This document shows positions 11,824 through 23,150 of a stretch of 64,000 nt of DNA, in pieces. Position 1 is the stretch's first letter, and every line of letters begins with the position of its first letter. Position numbers and translations under genes: made by a program. The DNA is from Rebecca billardiae RCC1528. Lineage: Eukaryota > Protista > Haptophyta. Under the pieces are notes generated by a model. It saw only the letters and a program-made list of their open reading frames with translations. It was not told where the DNA came from and did not search any database. Location: contig OZ251222.1 of assembly GCA_965240325.2 (NCBI GenBank), positions 682,001 through 746,000 on the forward strand, read 5' to 3'.

Positions 11824-14087
11824 ATGACCGTGCTGCGCGTGCGCGTGGTTGGCGGCGACAGGCAGCTCGCGCGCAACGAGCTCAGCGTGCCCTCTGACTG
11901 GACTGTCGCGCAGCTCGCGAGCCTGCTGCGCCGCGGTCTCAGCGCTGGCGCCGAAACGAGCGTGGCCATCTCGCTCGGCGGTTTTGGCGCCCTGCTCCCG
12001 CCGCACCAGCCGCTCAGCAGCGTGCACCTGGCGCACGCGCGCGGGGGCGTCCTCGAGGTGACGTACGCGACGTCGACGCAGTCGATCGAGCTGTCCGACA
12101 TCCTCTCCTCGCCCGCCGACGATCTGTCCAGCACCCAATCCGCGCCGCACCCGCTGCCCGAGGGCCAGCAGGGCGCTGACATCTCAGCATGCACGTACCT
12201 CAACCGCGGCGGCCGGAGAGACGACGACGCGATGGCGGCCGTGCGGCCGAGCAACGGCGGGCGCGTGCCGCGCGTCGTCTACGCCGTGCTCACGCTGGAC
12301 ATGTGCGCCGTCGGCCTCGTCATCCCGCTGCTGCCCACGTACTGCCGGATGCTCGGCGGCGACGCCGCGTTCGCTGGTGTGCTCCAGGCGTCGTATGGGC
12401 TCGCGCAGGTGGCGGGCGCGAGCCTGCTGGGGGGTCTCTCGGACCGAGTGGGCCGGCGGCTGATCCTGCTGCTCTCCCTCAGCGGAGCCATCGCGGGCTA
12501 CGCCGTGATCGCGCTGAGCGTGCGCGCGCGCGCGTCAGTGTGGTGGCTGCTGCTGAGCCGCCTTCCGATTGGGCTGACGAAGCAGACCGTGGCGGTGACG
12601 CGCGCGATGGTGAGCGACTGCACGATCCTCTCAACGCGCGCGCCGGCCCTCGGCCGCCTCGCCGCCGCGGGCGGCCTCGGCTTCGTCTTCGGCCCGGCGA
12701 TCGGCGGGATCCTCTCTGCGGCCATCTCGCCGCTCGCGCCGCCGCTTGTCGCGGTCGGCTGCTTCACCCTCGGCTTGCTGCTCGTCGCGACGTGCCTGCC
12801 GGAGACGGTGCCGGCCGTGCTCGCGCAGAGCGAGTTCCGCGCGTGCGAGCGCGCCGCCCGCGAGCTCCTCGAGGCGAGCGCGCGCGCGCACGCGCTCAAC
12901 ACGTGCGCGCGCACGTACGCGCGCGGCGGCGGCGACGGCTCGAGCGGCGCGGACGGCCTCGGCGCCTTCCTGGCGCGCACGGCGCCCGTCCCGCTGTCCG
13001 GCACGGACGGCAGCCTGCTGCCGGTGGACAGCGCCGAGGCGATCGGGCGCGACGCCATCCGCAGCTGGCGCGCAGACGCGCCCGCCGCGCCCCTGCTCCG
13101 CGCCGCCGACCTCGACGCCGCGCTCGACGTCTGGGCGCGCGTGCTCGGCCAGCGCGCGAGTGCGGACGGGCTGGTCACGAGCGGCGAGTGCGTCGCCGAG
13201 CTGGAGCGGCTGTACACGCAGGCGAAGCAGGCGAAGGGGCTGCTGCCGAGCGCGCCGGCGGAGGGCGCGCTCGGCCGCGCGCCCGCGCCGCGCTCGACGG
13301 CGGCCGCTGCTCGCACCGAGCTCACCACCTCGCTCTGCTCCATTGTGCGCGAGCTGCGCGCTCGGCCGCTGCTCACAGAGCTCTGTGCCGTCCGGCTGCT
13401 CGCAGAGATGGCTGTGCTGCTCGTGCACAACACGTTCCCGTCCTACGCCGACGTGCGCGCGCGCACGCGCACTCGCGCGCGCACGCGCCCGCGCGCGCAC
13501 GCGCCGCTCGCTCACATGCAACGCGCGCGCGCACCACGCGCTGCCGACCGCCGTGCGTGCGTGCGCCGCAGGAGCACCTAGGCCTGAGCGCCAAGCAGAC
13601 CGGGTATGTGATGACCCTCGCAGCCGCTATGAGCGTGCTGGTCGACATCGGCGTGCTCCCGCGGCTGCTCCGCAGCCGGCTGCTCGACGTGCGCTCGACC
13701 GCGCTGCTCGGCCTCGTGGTCGCCGCGTGCTCCCTGCCGCTGTGCGGCGCCGTGCACTCGGTGCGCGCGCTCGTGGGCTGCCTGGTGGTCGTCTCGGCCG
13801 GGGCGAGCCTGCTGCGCACGGCGCTCAGCACTCTGATGGTCAACGCGGTGCGGCGGCAGGACAGCGGGATGGTGAGCGGCGTGATCGACTCGATCGAGTC
13901 CGTGTGCCGCGTGGCGGCGCCCCTCGCGGGCGGCATGCTCCTGAAGCACCAGGGCGCGTGGGCGCCCGGCGCGGTCGGCGGCTGCCTGGCCTTCATCGGC
14001 GCTGTCGAGCTGCTCACCTCCGCAGCGCCCGCCGCGGGCGGCGCGGGCAACAGCGCCAAGCCCACAGGCGAAGACAAGGCCAAGTAG
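11824..14087 (+). CDS. MFS transporter (DHA1/TetA-like) with N-terminal Atg8/Atg12-like ubiquitin-fold domain; exons 11824-13452 and 13572-14087
   Basis: MFS motif A 'LGGLSDRVGRR', motif C 'GFVFGPAIGG', 'LPET' and TM1 'LDMCAVGLVIPLLP'. Intron GTGCGC(13453)...CAG(13571) joins the frames to supply the C-terminal TMs ('GMVSGVIDSIESVCRVAAPLAGG'). Confidence 0.85.
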
Positions 14088-14317
14088 CAGGCACGTGTCA
14101 GATGGGCATGCAAGGGCACTGCCATTCTGAGGCTGCACCGTGCACGGGCGGCACAGTGCGGCCACACAAGACGACGGCTCAAGATTATTCATTCATGCGC
14201 GCGCGCCGCATTCGGCGCGGGCTGCTTTCGCAGCTTTCGGTCGATCCGACTGGCGACTCTGCGCCGCCGACTCAGTCGATCCTCTGAGGCTAGTATTGAG
14301 TCATGATCCGCTCGCTG

Positions 14318-14352
<35 letters not shown>

Positions 14353-15168
14353 CGGCCGAGTTATGTAGTCCGCGTGATGACGATATTACTTATTAGTTAT
14401 AGACGGATCCGTCAACGGTCGTCACCGGTCACGTCACCGTGTAGGACTACTGTACTCTGATCACTGATGTATGTCTCACTACGACTGATGACGATGATTC
14501 TACTCGGATTATCTATCGATCTGCTGAGAGCCTGAGACTGATGACGCCGAGTCTGCTCAGTCAGTGAGTCACAGTGACGGTCAGTCGTCAGTCACTCATC
14601 AGCCTGTAGTTAGACTCATAATACTATACTACAATTATTTATAGCACTACTTGAGACTCAGTAGTCTCGGAGACGGACGGAGTCGAGAGACCGAGTGAGT
14701 AGACTGCATTACGACGACTATACTGATGATGGCAACTTATTTTGCCCTGCTAGCCCGGCAGCACCATTGACTGCTCACGCCACTCGATCTTAATGAGAGA
14801 ATATTGTTATTCAGACACCGTTACTCGCAGCCCGTCTGCCTAGTTATTCCTAGTAGCTACTAGTCAACTGCGACGAGTGCGGCACCGTACGCGGGCCGCC
14901 GGCTGTCGGGCCGCACCGCGCACATCACCCGCGCATGATGCCATCAAATCGATCCGACGATGCCAGTCAGTCTGCTTACTTCTACTTTCTACTTAGAACT
15001 AGTCCAGCCGTCGACCGTACCCGACGGTACCCGTGGCCATGTCCCGTGCTGACGCCGTGCAGGCCGTGACCAATGCCGTCGGCCGACATCGATGGCCTGG
15101 GGCTGGACGCACATCGACTCGACGGCATGCTGGCCAGCCCCGCCCATGCCCGCGTTGCTATCTCCATG

Positions 15169-15615
15169 TCAGCGGCTGCACATCAATGGGCCCTTTAGAC
15201 CCAGTGCCGTAGCAGCAGCGAGAAGTGCGGCAGCAGCACTCAGGGCGAGCGAATGCTGCCATGCACTCTTGGGAGAGCGCGTGGTGGCGGTGGGCGTGCC
15301 GGGCCTTCGCCTTCTCGTCTGCAGCTCGTAACGACGCGCGACCTGTTCGTCAGCGTCGTCGAGGACTCCGATGGCGTACGTGCGCAGCTCAGCTTGGGCC
15401 TTCTGCGTGCTGTGCACGCCCACCTCGTGCCACGCGCGCGTGGCATCCTTGCCGACGTACGTCATGATGGCCACCACTGTCGTCACCGGCCCATCCTTCC
15501 ATCCGGGGTGGTTCATGATGTGCGGCGTGATGTTGTACACCACACCGTCCACTGCAATCCACGCGTCTTCGCGTCGATTGTGCTTCGCGAGCTCGTCGCG
15601 ACTGACGAGCCTCAT
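15169..15615 (-). CDS. Cytochrome b5-like heme-binding protein with C-terminal membrane anchor
   Basis: 'ELAKHNRREDAWIAVDGVVYNIT..HPGW...GKDAT..W..VHS..A...LRTYAIG' with both axial His, followed by a hydrophobic C-terminal tail. Confidence 0.9.
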   Translation of the reverse strand: MRLVSRDELAKHNRREDAWIAVDGVVYNITPHIMNHPGWKDGPVTTVVAIMTYVGKDATRAWHEVGVHSTQKAQAELRTYAIGVLDDADEQVARRYELQTRRRRPGTPTATTRSPKSAWQHSLALSAAAALLAAATALGLKGPLMCSR

Positions 15616-15718
15616 CCTTCCGATTCTACGACGAACGTCCCAGACGGTGCGCACGGACGATCGGCAGTTCGGCACCGCGCGATGCAGATTTGCCCACCCG
15701 CCACGACGACGAAGCACG

Positions 15719-16948
15719 ATGGCGAGTCTCCTCATCCACGCGGCAGCTTTGGGGTCACTGCCCGCGGGAGAAAGGCTCGGCCCGAACGTGACCCTGGCGA
15801 ATGGGGTGGTCATGCCGCGCGTCGGCTTTGGTTGCGCGGGCCGCCTCGGCGCCGACGTGCTCGGAGAGGCGCTGCGAGCCGGGTATCGCGCCTTTGACAC
15901 CGCGCAAGCGTGGGAGTGGTACGACGAGCCCAGGCTGGGCGAGGCGATCGCGGCGAGCGACGTGCCTCGCTCCGCGCTCTTCATCACCACGAAGGTGCAC
16001 CCGCGCGACTTTGGCCCGAGCGCCACGCCCGCGGCCCTGCGCGACTCGTTTCGCTCGCTGCGGACTGACGTGCTGGACGCTGTCCTGCTGCACTACCCGG
16101 GCTGCTGGGGCAGTCTGTGCGGCGGCAAGAAGGCCGAGGGCGGCTGGCGAGAGGCCTGGCGCGCGCTCGAGGCGGCGTACGACGCGGGCACCGTGCGCGC
16201 CATCGGCGTGTGCAACTTTGGCGCCCACGAGCTCGGCGAGCTCTGGTCGTTCTCGCGAGTGCGGCCGCAGCTCGTCCAGAATTGGATGGACCCGTTCCAC
16301 GCGGACGGCGAGGTGCGCGCGTGGTGCGCGCAGCGCGGCGTGGTGTTCCAGGCGTTCAGCACGCTCGGTACGCAGCACCGCGTGCCCGCGGGCAACCCTG
16401 TCCTCCGCTCCGCCGTGATTCAGAAGGTCGCAGACGGCGCGGGCGTGTCCGTGGCACGCGCCGCCCTGCGCTGGGCGCTGCAGCGCGGCGCATGCGTGAT
16501 CCCTCGCTCGCAGGACGGCGCGCGGATGCGCGACAACTTGCGCCTCTTCGACTTCGAGCTCACGGAGGCGCAGCTGCGGGCGATCGACGCGCTTGACGGC
16601 ACCGACCCCTCGCATGCGCCGCGCGCGCCGCGGCCGGCCGACGCACCGCTGCCTGTGCGCTTCCGCAACCGCGCGCACGCTGACCTTGCGCTGCGCTGGG
16701 GTGGCGACGCGTCGGCGCGCTGGCCGATGCAGCCGGGTGCCGTAGTGGAGCTCACGACGTACGCCGGGCACACCTTCCAGGCAGAGCTGGCAGATTCGGT
16801 GGGCGATGCTGCTGGCGTCAGCGTCGTGTGGCGCCGCACTTTCACCGAGGATGATCTTGCAGCACTCGACGGCGGCGTGGCCGGACGCCAAGTGCACAAT
16901 GGCCAGCTGGCGGTCGACATTGAGATGCAAGACAAGGTAGAGCTATAG
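15719..16948 (+). CDS. Aldo-keto reductase with C-terminal extra beta domain and KVEL ending
   Basis: 'LANGVVMPRVGFG', 'GYRAFDTAQ', catalytic tetrad D/Y/K/H ('FDT', 'WY', 'TTKV', 'LLHYP'), 'RAIGVCNF', 'LRWALQRG..VIPRS', 'NL.LFDFEL'. Likely start is ATG 15719. Confidence 0.92.
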   Translation: MASLLIHAAALGSLPAGERLGPNVTLANGVVMPRVGFGCAGRLGADVLGEALRAGYRAFDTAQAWEWYDEPRLGEAIAASDVPRSALFITTKVHPRDFGPSATPAALRDSFRSLRTDVLDAVLLHYPGCWGSLCGGKKAEGGWREAWRALEAAYDAGTVRAIGVCNFGAHELGELWSFSRVRPQLVQNWMDPFHADGEVRAWCAQRGVVFQAFSTLGTQHRVPAGNPVLRSAVIQKVADGAGVSVARAALRWALQRGACVIPRSQDGARMRDNLRLFDFELTEAQLRAIDALDGTDPSHAPRAPRPADAPLPVRFRNRAHADLALRWGGDASARWPMQPGAVVELTTYAGHTFQAELADSVGDAAGVSVVWRRTFTEDDLAALDGGVAGRQVHNGQLAVDIEMQDKVEL

Positions 16949-17440
16949 GATATGACGAGGATACTGTACGATGCGCGCGCGGTCTGGCCGATGGCTGCCT
17001 CAATCTGCGCGCAGACGATATGGATGCCGACAACGCTCTGAGACAGTGAGAGTCCGACCGGCTGTCAGACGACAGGCGACGCCGGGCAGACGCTGACGGC
17101 TGAGCCGCTGAGCGCAGCTTGCGCAGTGCTGATGGTGATGAAACTTCGTCATCGTCGGTCCATCAGGCGTCACTGACACTCTCGTCCGTCGTCTGCGGAC
17201 GTCTCGTCTCGCCCATCAGTCGCCCTTCGCGATGAATAAGCGTCGTATGACGATCGTCGTCGACTCTCCGACTCCGCACTCGCAGTCTCCGCGCCAGCCG
17301 CGCCGCGGAAGTGGGCCGCGCTGCCCGCGCAGATCAGCAGTCGTGACTTATTCAGTAGTAGTGCGAGATAGCGATGCTGAGTCTACGACTATGCTGATGA
17401 CGCCCGGAGACGATATCCGGTCGTCGTCACAGCGCGCGCA

Positions 17441-17443
<3 letters not shown>

Positions 17444-17511
<68 letters not shown>

Positions 17512-17563
17512 GTATACGTATGTATATATATATATATATATGCATCTCTCTCTCTCTCTCTCT

Positions 17564-17638
<75 letters not shown>

Positions 17639-17724
17639 CTCTCTCTCTCTCTCGATCTCTCTCTCTCTCTGATCTCTCTCTCTCTCTCTCTCGAGATCTC
17701 TCTCTCTCGAGATCTCTCTCTCTC
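17444..17724. repeat. Compound microsatellite (TA)n followed by (CT)n
   Basis: Directly visible. Confidence 0.97.
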
Positions 17725-19732
17725 GTCTGATCGCCCCGGGGATGGCACCTGCTCGTCGCTTGATACGTCGGTATCATCATCATATATATATCATAATTAA
17801 AATTAATAGCGCGCAGCATGATGCACTGATATGAGCTGACAATGCTCAGTAGTATAGTGCTATCACATATCGTCATCATGATCATACTGGCTGATGATGC
17901 TGATGCAGTCAGTGAGTCTCGTCCTCATAAGTTTCTTAATTTTGCAGCAGACAGTTCGAGTGAGCAGAGCTGCTTCGTTCAGCTTGAGAGTTGACTAGCT
18001 AAGACTGAATCAACGGTATCATGTCCGGTGAGAGAGAGAGAGAGTCGGAGAGTCTAAACTTAGTAATTATATAAATGATTACAGAGAGCTAGATACAGCA
18101 GAACTTAGTGTTTGCCTCGGCGGCAGCGGCCAGCTGCTCCCTCGCTCGCCGAGCACGGAGCAAGCAGGGGGAGCACGCTAAGTGCGCTTTTGTCAATAAA
18201 TAATAATAACAAAATAAGTTGCGTCATCATCATCACTCAATCAAGTCCGTGTCAGACGAATGGCAACAGGCGCCGCATGCATGAGGCAAGTATGCGTTGC
18301 CGCATGGCACTTGGCAGGCGCCGCGTCTTAGGTGAACAGAGCTGTTTATCAGCATACACAGCTAGGCAGTGTCCTGGCGAGGTCAGGCTGTTAACAGTAG
18401 ACTCAGCAGGGCGGTCCAGGCAGCAGAGCCGTCGCGTTGATGCACCGCCGCCAACGGGAACGGCCCGTCGTCGGCTAGAAGGTGGGCAGAAAGTTCACAC
18501 GCGCTGCCTGGCTTCCGAGCATGGCGAGGCGAACCCGCACAACATTGCTCGAGAGCGTCGAATACGGCACTCCTATGAACCGAGCAGCGCGCAGCATGAG
18601 CAGCAGGTCGACGGCAACGCTGTCGTCGCGAGTGCTGAACTCCGCCTGCAACATCTCACGCCAGTCAGACGTTTTGCGTGCGAAGTCCTCGGCGACGAGT
18701 ACGCCGAAGTCGCGTTTGAGGCCTCTCGTCTGATCGCCCCGGGGATGGCACCTGCTCGTCGCTTGATACGTCGGTATCATCATCATATATATATATCATA
18801 ATTAAAATTAATAGCGCGCAGCATGATGCACTGATATGAGCTGACAATGCTCAGTAGTATAGTGCTATCACATATCGTCATCATGATCATACTGGCTGAT
18901 GATGCTGATGCAGTCAGTGAGTCTCGTCCTCATAAGTTTCTTAATTTTGCAGCAGACAGTTCGAGTGAGCAGAGCTGCTTCGTTCAGCTTGAGAGTTGAC
19001 TAGCTAAGACTGAATCAACGGTATCATGTCCGGTGAGAGAGAGAGAGTCGGAGAGAAACTTAGTAATTATATAAATGATTACAGAGAGCTAGATACAGCA
19101 GAACTTAGTGTTTGCCTCGGCGGCAGCGGCCAGCTGCTCCCTCGCTCGCCGAGCACGGAGCAAGCAGGGGGAGGCAGGCTCAGTGCGCTTTTGTCAATAA
19201 ATAATAATAACAAAATAAGTTGCGTCATCATCATCACTCAATCGAGTCCGTGCCAGACGAATGGCAACAGGCGCCGCATGCATGAGGCAAGTATGCGTTG
19301 CCGCATGGCACTTGGCAGGCGCCGCGTCTTAGGTCATAGGTGAACAGAGCTGTTTATCGCAGCATACACAGCTAGGCAGTGTCCTGGCGAGGTCAGGCTG
19401 TTAACAGTAGACTCAGCAGGGCGGTCCAGGCAGCAGAGCCGTCGCGTTGATGCACCGCCGCCAACGGGAACGGCCCGTCGTCGGCTAGAAGGTGGGCAGA
19501 AAGTTCACACGCGCTGCCTGGCTTCCGAGCATGGCGAGGCGAACCCGCACAACATTGCTCGAGAGCGTCGAATACGGCACTCCTATGAACCGAGCAGCGC
19601 GCAGCATGAGCAGCAGGTCGACGGCAACGCTGTCGTCGCGAGTGCTGAACTCCGCCTGCAACATCTCACGCCAGTCAGACGTTTTGCGCGCGAAGTCCTC
19701 GGCGACGAGTACGCCGAAGTCGCGTTTGAGGC
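17720..19732. repeat. About 1.0-kb direct tandem duplication (17720-18722 and 18723-19732)
   Basis: Both copies start CTCTCGTCTGATCGCCCCGGGG and end CGCGTTTGAGGC. They differ by a few SNPs and indels. Confidence 0.95.
18475..18722 (-). pseudogene. Duplicated 3' fragment of the O-fucosyltransferase-like gene
   Basis: Encodes the same C-terminus ('LKRDFGVLVAEDF...RVNFLPTF*') as 19485-19732, with no 5' part. Confidence 0.9.
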
Positions 19733-20681
19733 GGCGCACCTGCTCCTGCTGCTGGTTGTCGTGTGCCAGCACGATGATGGATCCTTCGCGCGCTCCCAGC
19801 ATGGCGAGCGCGGCTCGGAGGTAGTCGGGCTGCATGCTGCACACCTCGTTTGCCACCGTCCTCTTACCATTCAGAAGGGTCCGCGGCCGGAGGCTGCGGG
19901 AGAACTGAGGGAGGAACATACCAAAACGACATTGACCCTCAGACCACCGCATATGCACGCCGGTGTAGTTTCGCGCAGCCAGCCCGTGGCCATCTTCGAA
20001 CGCGTCGATGATGGCGCGGAAGCGCTGCGCCGGCCGCAGTAAGATGTGTGCCATCGCTGTGGACTTGAAGGCGTCCGCATCTGCCATTGGTAGATCGTTT
20101 GCACTGCGTCGGGCGCCACGGTCAAACATTGAAGAACCGCGCACGCCATAAAACGCTGCTCTTTGGCTCGTCTGGCGAAGGATCAGCTGCTTCTCGTTGA
20201 ACAACGCGTCATCAGTGCTGTTTAGCACGCACAACCAGCTCCTCGTTGCCGCGAATATGTCCCAGTTGGCTCCCACCTGCTGGTGCCAAACCCCAGGGAG
20301 GACAACCGCCGTGGGTTCTGGTCGTTGCACGACGTCGAGGAGCATGTTCACGACCTCAATCAAGACGTTGTTCAGTCTCCCCCAGTTCTCGTCTCGCAGC
20401 GTGGTGGCCTCTGAGCCGTTTGGCATATTGGCGCACGTGGCATTGGTGATCGGCCACGGCAGGTCACCCTGGCTAGTGTTGGTTGAGGGTTGTCGCGATG
20501 CCGCCGGAAGCCACCATCCTGGCTCAAGCGCGGGCGGATCCCACTGCATCTCAGCAAACGCAGCATTGCCGTTGCCATGCCCTACCGGTACGGCTACGTC
20601 CGCCGAGGTCAGGGCCACAGACACCACTGCGAGGAGAAGTGCATGCTTGAACGTGCCGCCAACCGAGCTCGAAGCCCCCAT
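19485..20681 (-). CDS. Secretory-pathway glycosyltransferase, O-fucosyltransferase/GT23-like (GT-B GDP-fucose type)
   Basis: N-terminal signal or anchor, 'GRLNNVL', 'YTGVHMR', 'IVLAHD', 'VDLLLMLRAARFIGVPYSTLSSNV'. Confidence 0.75.
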   Translation of the reverse strand: MGASSSVGGTFKHALLLAVVSVALTSADVAVPVGHGNGNAAFAEMQWDPPALEPGWWLPAASRQPSTNTSQGDLPWPITNATCANMPNGSEATTLRDENWGRLNNVLIEVVNMLLDVVQRPEPTAVVLPGVWHQQVGANWDIFAATRSWLCVLNSTDDALFNEKQLILRQTSQRAAFYGVRGSSMFDRGARRSANDLPMADADAFKSTAMAHILLRPAQRFRAIIDAFEDGHGLAARNYTGVHMRWSEGQCRFGMFLPQFSRSLRPRTLLNGKRTVANEVCSMQPDYLRAALAMLGAREGSIIVLAHDNQQQEQVRRLKRDFGVLVAEDFARKTSDWREMLQAEFSTRDDSVAVDLLLMLRAARFIGVPYSTLSSNVVRVRLAMLGSQAARVNFLPTF

Positions 20682-20840
20682 CCTGCACAGCACTGCCGCG
20701 GGGGCAACAAGGAGCAGGAGGTCTGCAGGAGGCCTGCCTCTCCGTCTGGTGCTGAGTGCGTCACTGCGTCTACTCAAATTATTAATAAAACGGCCCGCCA
20801 TAACGCCTCATTATTATCACGTAACCAACATCCAATTATA

Positions 20841-21371
20841 AAGGGCCGAGCACTATAACTGTCAGGTTACCCAGATCGCGCGGAGTAAAAAACCCATCGT
20901 TTTGGTCAAAACTGGGCGCAAAGTCTGGTCTTTCTGCCGGCGGATCGCGTGATGGCAGAGGAGCGCTGCAGCTGCGCCTTCTCCCCCGGGCGACCCGGCG
21001 CCAGCGGCGCGGCGCGCGCGGGGCTGCGACTCGGCGCTCGCGCTCGACCCGTACGACAGCCGCACCGGACTCGCTGCGCCCCTTGGCTCGCTTGCCCACA
21101 GAGCGCCGCGCGGACCTGGCATGCGTGTCGCGGCCTGCACGCCCGAGGTGCCAATCTCAAATTTGTGCGACATTCAGGGCGGCGAGGTCGGCACCGTCGA
21201 CGAGTAGGATGGGTTCTTGACCTCCGCACGTCCCACGCGGAAGTCAAGAGCGCGTCGGAGCGGCCGGGGACCGCGACCTCGTCGCTGTGAATGTCGCACA
21301 AATTCGCGCACGTGGGCCGTGGGCACGTCGGCACGATGGCGCTGCCTGACAGTTATAGTGGCTTAGCCCCT
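20841..21371. mobile_element. MITE (531 bp) with about 26-bp imperfect TIRs and TA flanks
   Basis: Left AAGGGCCGAGCACTATAACTGTCAGG (20841-20866) and right CCTGACAGTTATAGTGGCTTAGCCCCT (21345-21371). TA occurs on both outer sides and there is no coding capacity. Confidence 0.7.
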
Positions 21372-21717
21372 TAGCTGGCGGGAGTCTGAACTGCAAATAA
21401 TAACAATCTTGTGAAAGCCGAGGAGGCGAGGGGGGGACGAAGGGCCGCCACTGCATGGGGCCGTGAGCCCGCGTGCCGGCCGCTTGGTGGCGCCGCCGCC
21501 GAGGACCCGAGGTCGTCTCCGTGTCACACATCGACGTGCGTCGGTTTGATATATGTGAATCTCGTCGGGCGTGTGTGAAAACTTGCATCAGGGGCGCTGC
21601 ATTCCTGCTAGTAGACTGCTTCTGTCGCGTCTTTACACTGGGCTGTCTGAGTCACTCCGCCGTAGCTGTACTCAGAGTACTCGTCACTGTCAGTGTCAGT
21701 GTGACTCTTGTAACACA

Positions 21718-21723
<6 letters not shown>

Positions 21724-21796
<73 letters not shown>

Positions 21797-22073
21797 ATAC
21801 TGTATTGTATCTGAGTCAGACATCAAACCGCCCGATGTCTCGACGTCATATGTGATTGCTGCCGATATTTACGGATCGATGCTGCCGTCGATGCTGCGCT
21901 GAGGCCGGCCGACATCTATATATATATATATATATAATATATTCGAACGCCGCGGTGATGATGCCATCATCATCTGAATAAAGCGTATCGATCGATCCAA
22001 GTGGCCCATCGGCATCGTCCACCGGACGACAGTGACAGTGTGAGTGATATGTCTTGACTGCTAACTACCTGTC

Positions 22074-22131
<58 letters not shown>
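21724..22131. repeat. Three (TA)n microsatellites (about 21724-21792, 21917-21935, 22076-22131)
   Basis: Directly visible. Confidence 0.95.
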
Positions 22132-22135
<4 letters not shown>

Positions 22136-22700
22136 AACCTACTTGACACAGTGAACAATATATAATTATATGATGATCGGCTACGCCGATCTTCGGGTAG
22201 TAAACAACGAAGTTGAGGGCGCACGGCCCTGGTAGGCTCTGGCTGGTAGTTAGTTGCTGTCGCGTTGGCTTCACCGCCAATCACACGGCACGATGCTACC
22301 AGTCAGCAAAGCGCGCGGACGAAAATCAGTCAGCTCTCCGAGAGGGCCCCGGGCCTGCGCGGGTCCGGCGGTCGCGGCGCCGGGCGGCGGGCGCGGGGAT
22401 GCTGTCAGCTTCCGAGCCCGTACAGCTCGTCGCGCGCGCTCGGGGTGCGCGAGGCGACGCGGTACGACGGTGGCGTGGACCACCACCTCACGCCTCGCTA
22501 CGTCGTCAGCGTGTACAGCCCGCCGCTGCCACTAGCGCCAAGTGGCACTGCTCGGAACAGCTCGATGCGTCGCGCGTCGTCGTTTGCGTCGACTAGTCGC
22601 TCGGCCGGAGGTGCAGCTGACGCGCTCGCCGAAGCGGCACCGCAGCCCCCGCTCGATGATGTGCGCGGCATGAAGTTCGCACCGAACGTCTTCTTGTCGC

Positions 22701-23150
22701 GGCCCGGTGCTGCCCGCACTCGCTGCGGAGCGACCACTCGAAGATGCGCGCAGCGTGACGTGCGCGGCGAGTAACTCCTCGTCGCGAGATGCGCTCCGCC
22801 CGCAGTCGCGCCCGCCGCCGCGGCGTCCGCCGCTGCGTCTGGCACCGCGCCGCCCGCCACAGTGCCGCGCCAGCGCAGGCGCAGCGCCCGACCGCTGCGG
22901 CGCCCGCCCGGCCGCTGTCACGCCCGCATTCAGCAGGCCCGGTGCTGCCGCGCTCGCCGGGCGACGAATCGATACCGCGCGCGGCGTGACGTGCGCGCCG
23001 AGTAACTCCTCGTCGCGAGATGCGCTCTGCCAGCCGCCGCGCCCGCCACCGCTGCTGCACTCGCCGCCGCGCCCGGATGCCGAGTAGCGCCCGCCCGACC
23101 GTCACGCCCGCCGTCAGCAGGCCCGATGCTGCCGCGCTGGCCGGGCGCCG
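22701..23150. repeat. Degenerate tandem repeat, about 2.2 copies of about 180-235 bp
   Basis: 'GCGTGACGTGCGCG.CGAGTAACTCCTCGTCGCGAGATGCGCTC' and 'GTCACGCCCGC...CAGCAGGCCCG.TGCTGCCGCGCT' each recur. Confidence 0.8.

Noticed and set aside
17232-22284. ORFs with YIYI/SLSL/ERER runs
   Set aside because: They are translations of (TA)n and (CT)n microsatellites.
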